A DNA stretch of 64,000 nucleotides from an uncultured Candidatus Saccharibacteria bacterium (GTDB lineage Bacteria > Patescibacteriota > Minisyncoccia > Phycocordibacterales > UBA12445): NCBI GenBank assembly GCA_964649715.1, contig CAZYTH010000006.1, forward strand, positions 6,341 to 70,340, given 5' to 3'. Of this stretch, positions 62,547 to 64,000 are shown one piece after another. A model generated the notes under the pieces. It was not told the DNA's origin. It worked only from the letters and a program-made list of their open reading frames with translations, and searched no databases. The stretch's first letter is position 1, and each line of letters starts with the position of its first letter. The position numbers were made by a program, and so were the translations under genes.

Positions 62547-64000
62547 TTATTTAGAAGGAATATAGGGTGTCCATCCTCTTTGAACGGGTCCCCAATATCT
62601 ACCAGCCCCATTTTTGATGGAATTATTTTTTATAACTAACGATTCATGAATGCTAATTGCCGCATCCATATTCGTGTCTGGATCTCTAAGTTGTTCCATT
62701 GTAAATGGTTTACCCCCGTTTAATTTGTAATTAACCGCATCGTTTTGAGAAAGCTGAAATAGGCCGTTTGATCCGGTTCCAAATCTTCCAATGTCCCCCG
62801 CGGCGTTGTTGTTGTAGCTTGATTCTTTCCCTGCCAATTCGGTAAAATAATTGGCCCACTCTTCTGGTGATCCGGTTGTGATTCCGTATTTAGCCCCATC
62901 TGACGGCACATATCCATTGAGTTTAGATTTCTCAAGTTTTTTTGTAATTTGTGTGCGAAGATCTTCTTTTTTAATGTAACTTGGACCACTTCCGCCTTTT
63001 TGTGGAACACCACTTTCTTTTGGAGGCGTTACGGTTCCAGTCTTCGGTGGTGTTTGGGTTGGCTGTTTTGGCGTCGTCGGCTGAGTTGGTTTTGTTGTGC
63101 CAGGTCCAGAAGGTGTGGCACCAGAAACGCTACTCATACTTCCATCATCACATCCACATTTTTTGGAATCCATATCCCAAATAGCATTTTTCGTTTTGCA
63201 TTTATAGTTTAGACAACCAGCTAGGGGGCCATCTTGAGGATTGCTTTCTTTTGGTGGGCAATATCCTCCTCCTGCTATGTGCGCAGCTGAGTCACAAAAA
63301 ATATTATTTGGTCCGCAGTCTACTACGAAATAAGAAGAATAACATATTTCATCGTCACCACATCCATAAATATAACACTTAAACCCCCCGTTACATGTTT
63401 CCGCTAATTTTAGTCCTTTTCTACCAGGAGGGCCTGAGTATTTATAACAAAGTCTATTGTTTGTGCTATAAGCGCTCCCTCCTCCACTAAAAGGTGTAGA
63501 ATATGTTGTTGGGGTTTTTGTTGTTTGTTGTGGGGGTTTTTCTGTTTTTTGGGTTTGTTGCGGTTTTTCTTGGGTTGGTTTTTGTGTTTCTTGTTTTTGT
63601 TCACATTCCTGCCTTTCCGCTTCTGTTGGTTTTAGCGCGCACAGTTCTTTTGTTTCAATGGGTTTTGTTCCTTTGCCTGAAACTTTTCCTGATTCCCAAG
63701 TAGTTTTTGTCTCTCCTTTTCCGTCGTTTCTTTCAAAAACAATCCCTTGTTTTTCTAAACTTCCAGCATTCTGTATTAATTGTTTGTCCAAGCCACTGCC
63801 ACTTGAAAATCCGGTACCTCTATCTATGGCAATATCAAATTTATCTTGTCTGCCCTGGAAGGCTTCTCCAGTGTCGTGTACATAAGCTTTAACATTGTAC
63901 ATTGTATAAGTCTCACCCTTAGTGTTTGTGTAAGTGATTTTGGGGATTGTATACCACTCTTTGTAGTGTGACGGATCGGCTGCTATTGTAACATAATTAG
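62547..64000 (-). CDS. Cell-wall hydrolase-like protein: 3D domain, linkers and lytic transglycosylase; runs off the window end
   Basis: The frame is open to 63998 (NYVTIAADP...VHDTG...FDIA). The C-terminus has KESSYN, GLFQ and L-DP--N motifs. Confidence 0.7.
   Translation of the reverse strand, partial: NYVTIAADPSHYKEWYTIPKITYTNTKGETYTMYNVKAYVHDTGEAFQGRQDKFDIAIDRGTGFSSGSGLDKQLIQNAGSLEKQGIVFERNDGKGETKTTWESGKVSGKGTKPIETKELCALKPTEAERQECEQKQETQKPTQEKPQQTQKTEKPPQQTTKTPTTYSTPFSGGGSAYSTNNRLCYKYSGPPGRKGLKLAETCNGGFKCYIYGCGDDEICYSSYFVVDCGPNNIFCDSAAHIAGGGYCPPKESNPQDGPLAGCLNYKCKTKNAIWDMDSKKCGCDDGSMSSVSGATPSGPGTTKPTQPTTPKQPTQTPPKTGTVTPPKESGVPQKGGSGPSYIKKEDLRTQITKKLEKSKLNGYVPSDGAKYGITTGSPEEWANYFTELAGKESSYNNNAAGDIGRFGTGSNGLFQLSQNDAVNYKLNGGKPFTMEQLRDPDTNMDAAISIHESLVIKNNSIKNGAGRYWGPVQRGWTPYIPSK

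Overview
AT-rich 64 kb chromosomal segment that looks like a Patescibacteria/CPR (Parcubacteria-type) genome. This assignment is inferred from gene content and style. It carries housekeeping genes (pgk, gpmA, rplS, rplJ/L, recG, ligA, gatCA, prfB, ftsEX), 9 intact tRNAs plus one interrupted tRNA-Asp, and a large type IV pilus/competence locus (comF, pilMNO, pilB, pilT, pilC, three major-type pilins, pilD, minor pilins). Accessory genes include a LexA-fused C5 methyltransferase with a convergent putative endonuclease, duplicated fibre/adhesin cassettes and several orphans. The strongest unexplained signal is a set of small palindromic elements centred on a REP-associated tyrosine transposase (RAYT) inside the pilin cluster. 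Its stop-free REP also sits in-frame inside ligA, gatA and the RAYT itself. A dRS3-like 27-bp palindrome lies in the cleaved leader of two paralogous pilins, and those pilins are bracketed by 85-bp direct repeats. Another 33-35 bp palindrome interrupts rluA and a tRNA-Asp. Four tRNAs are trailed by inverted plus direct copies of their own 3' ends, and a GIY-YIG mini-cassette sits in a tRNA-Asp 5' end. All calls are by eye; no searches were run.
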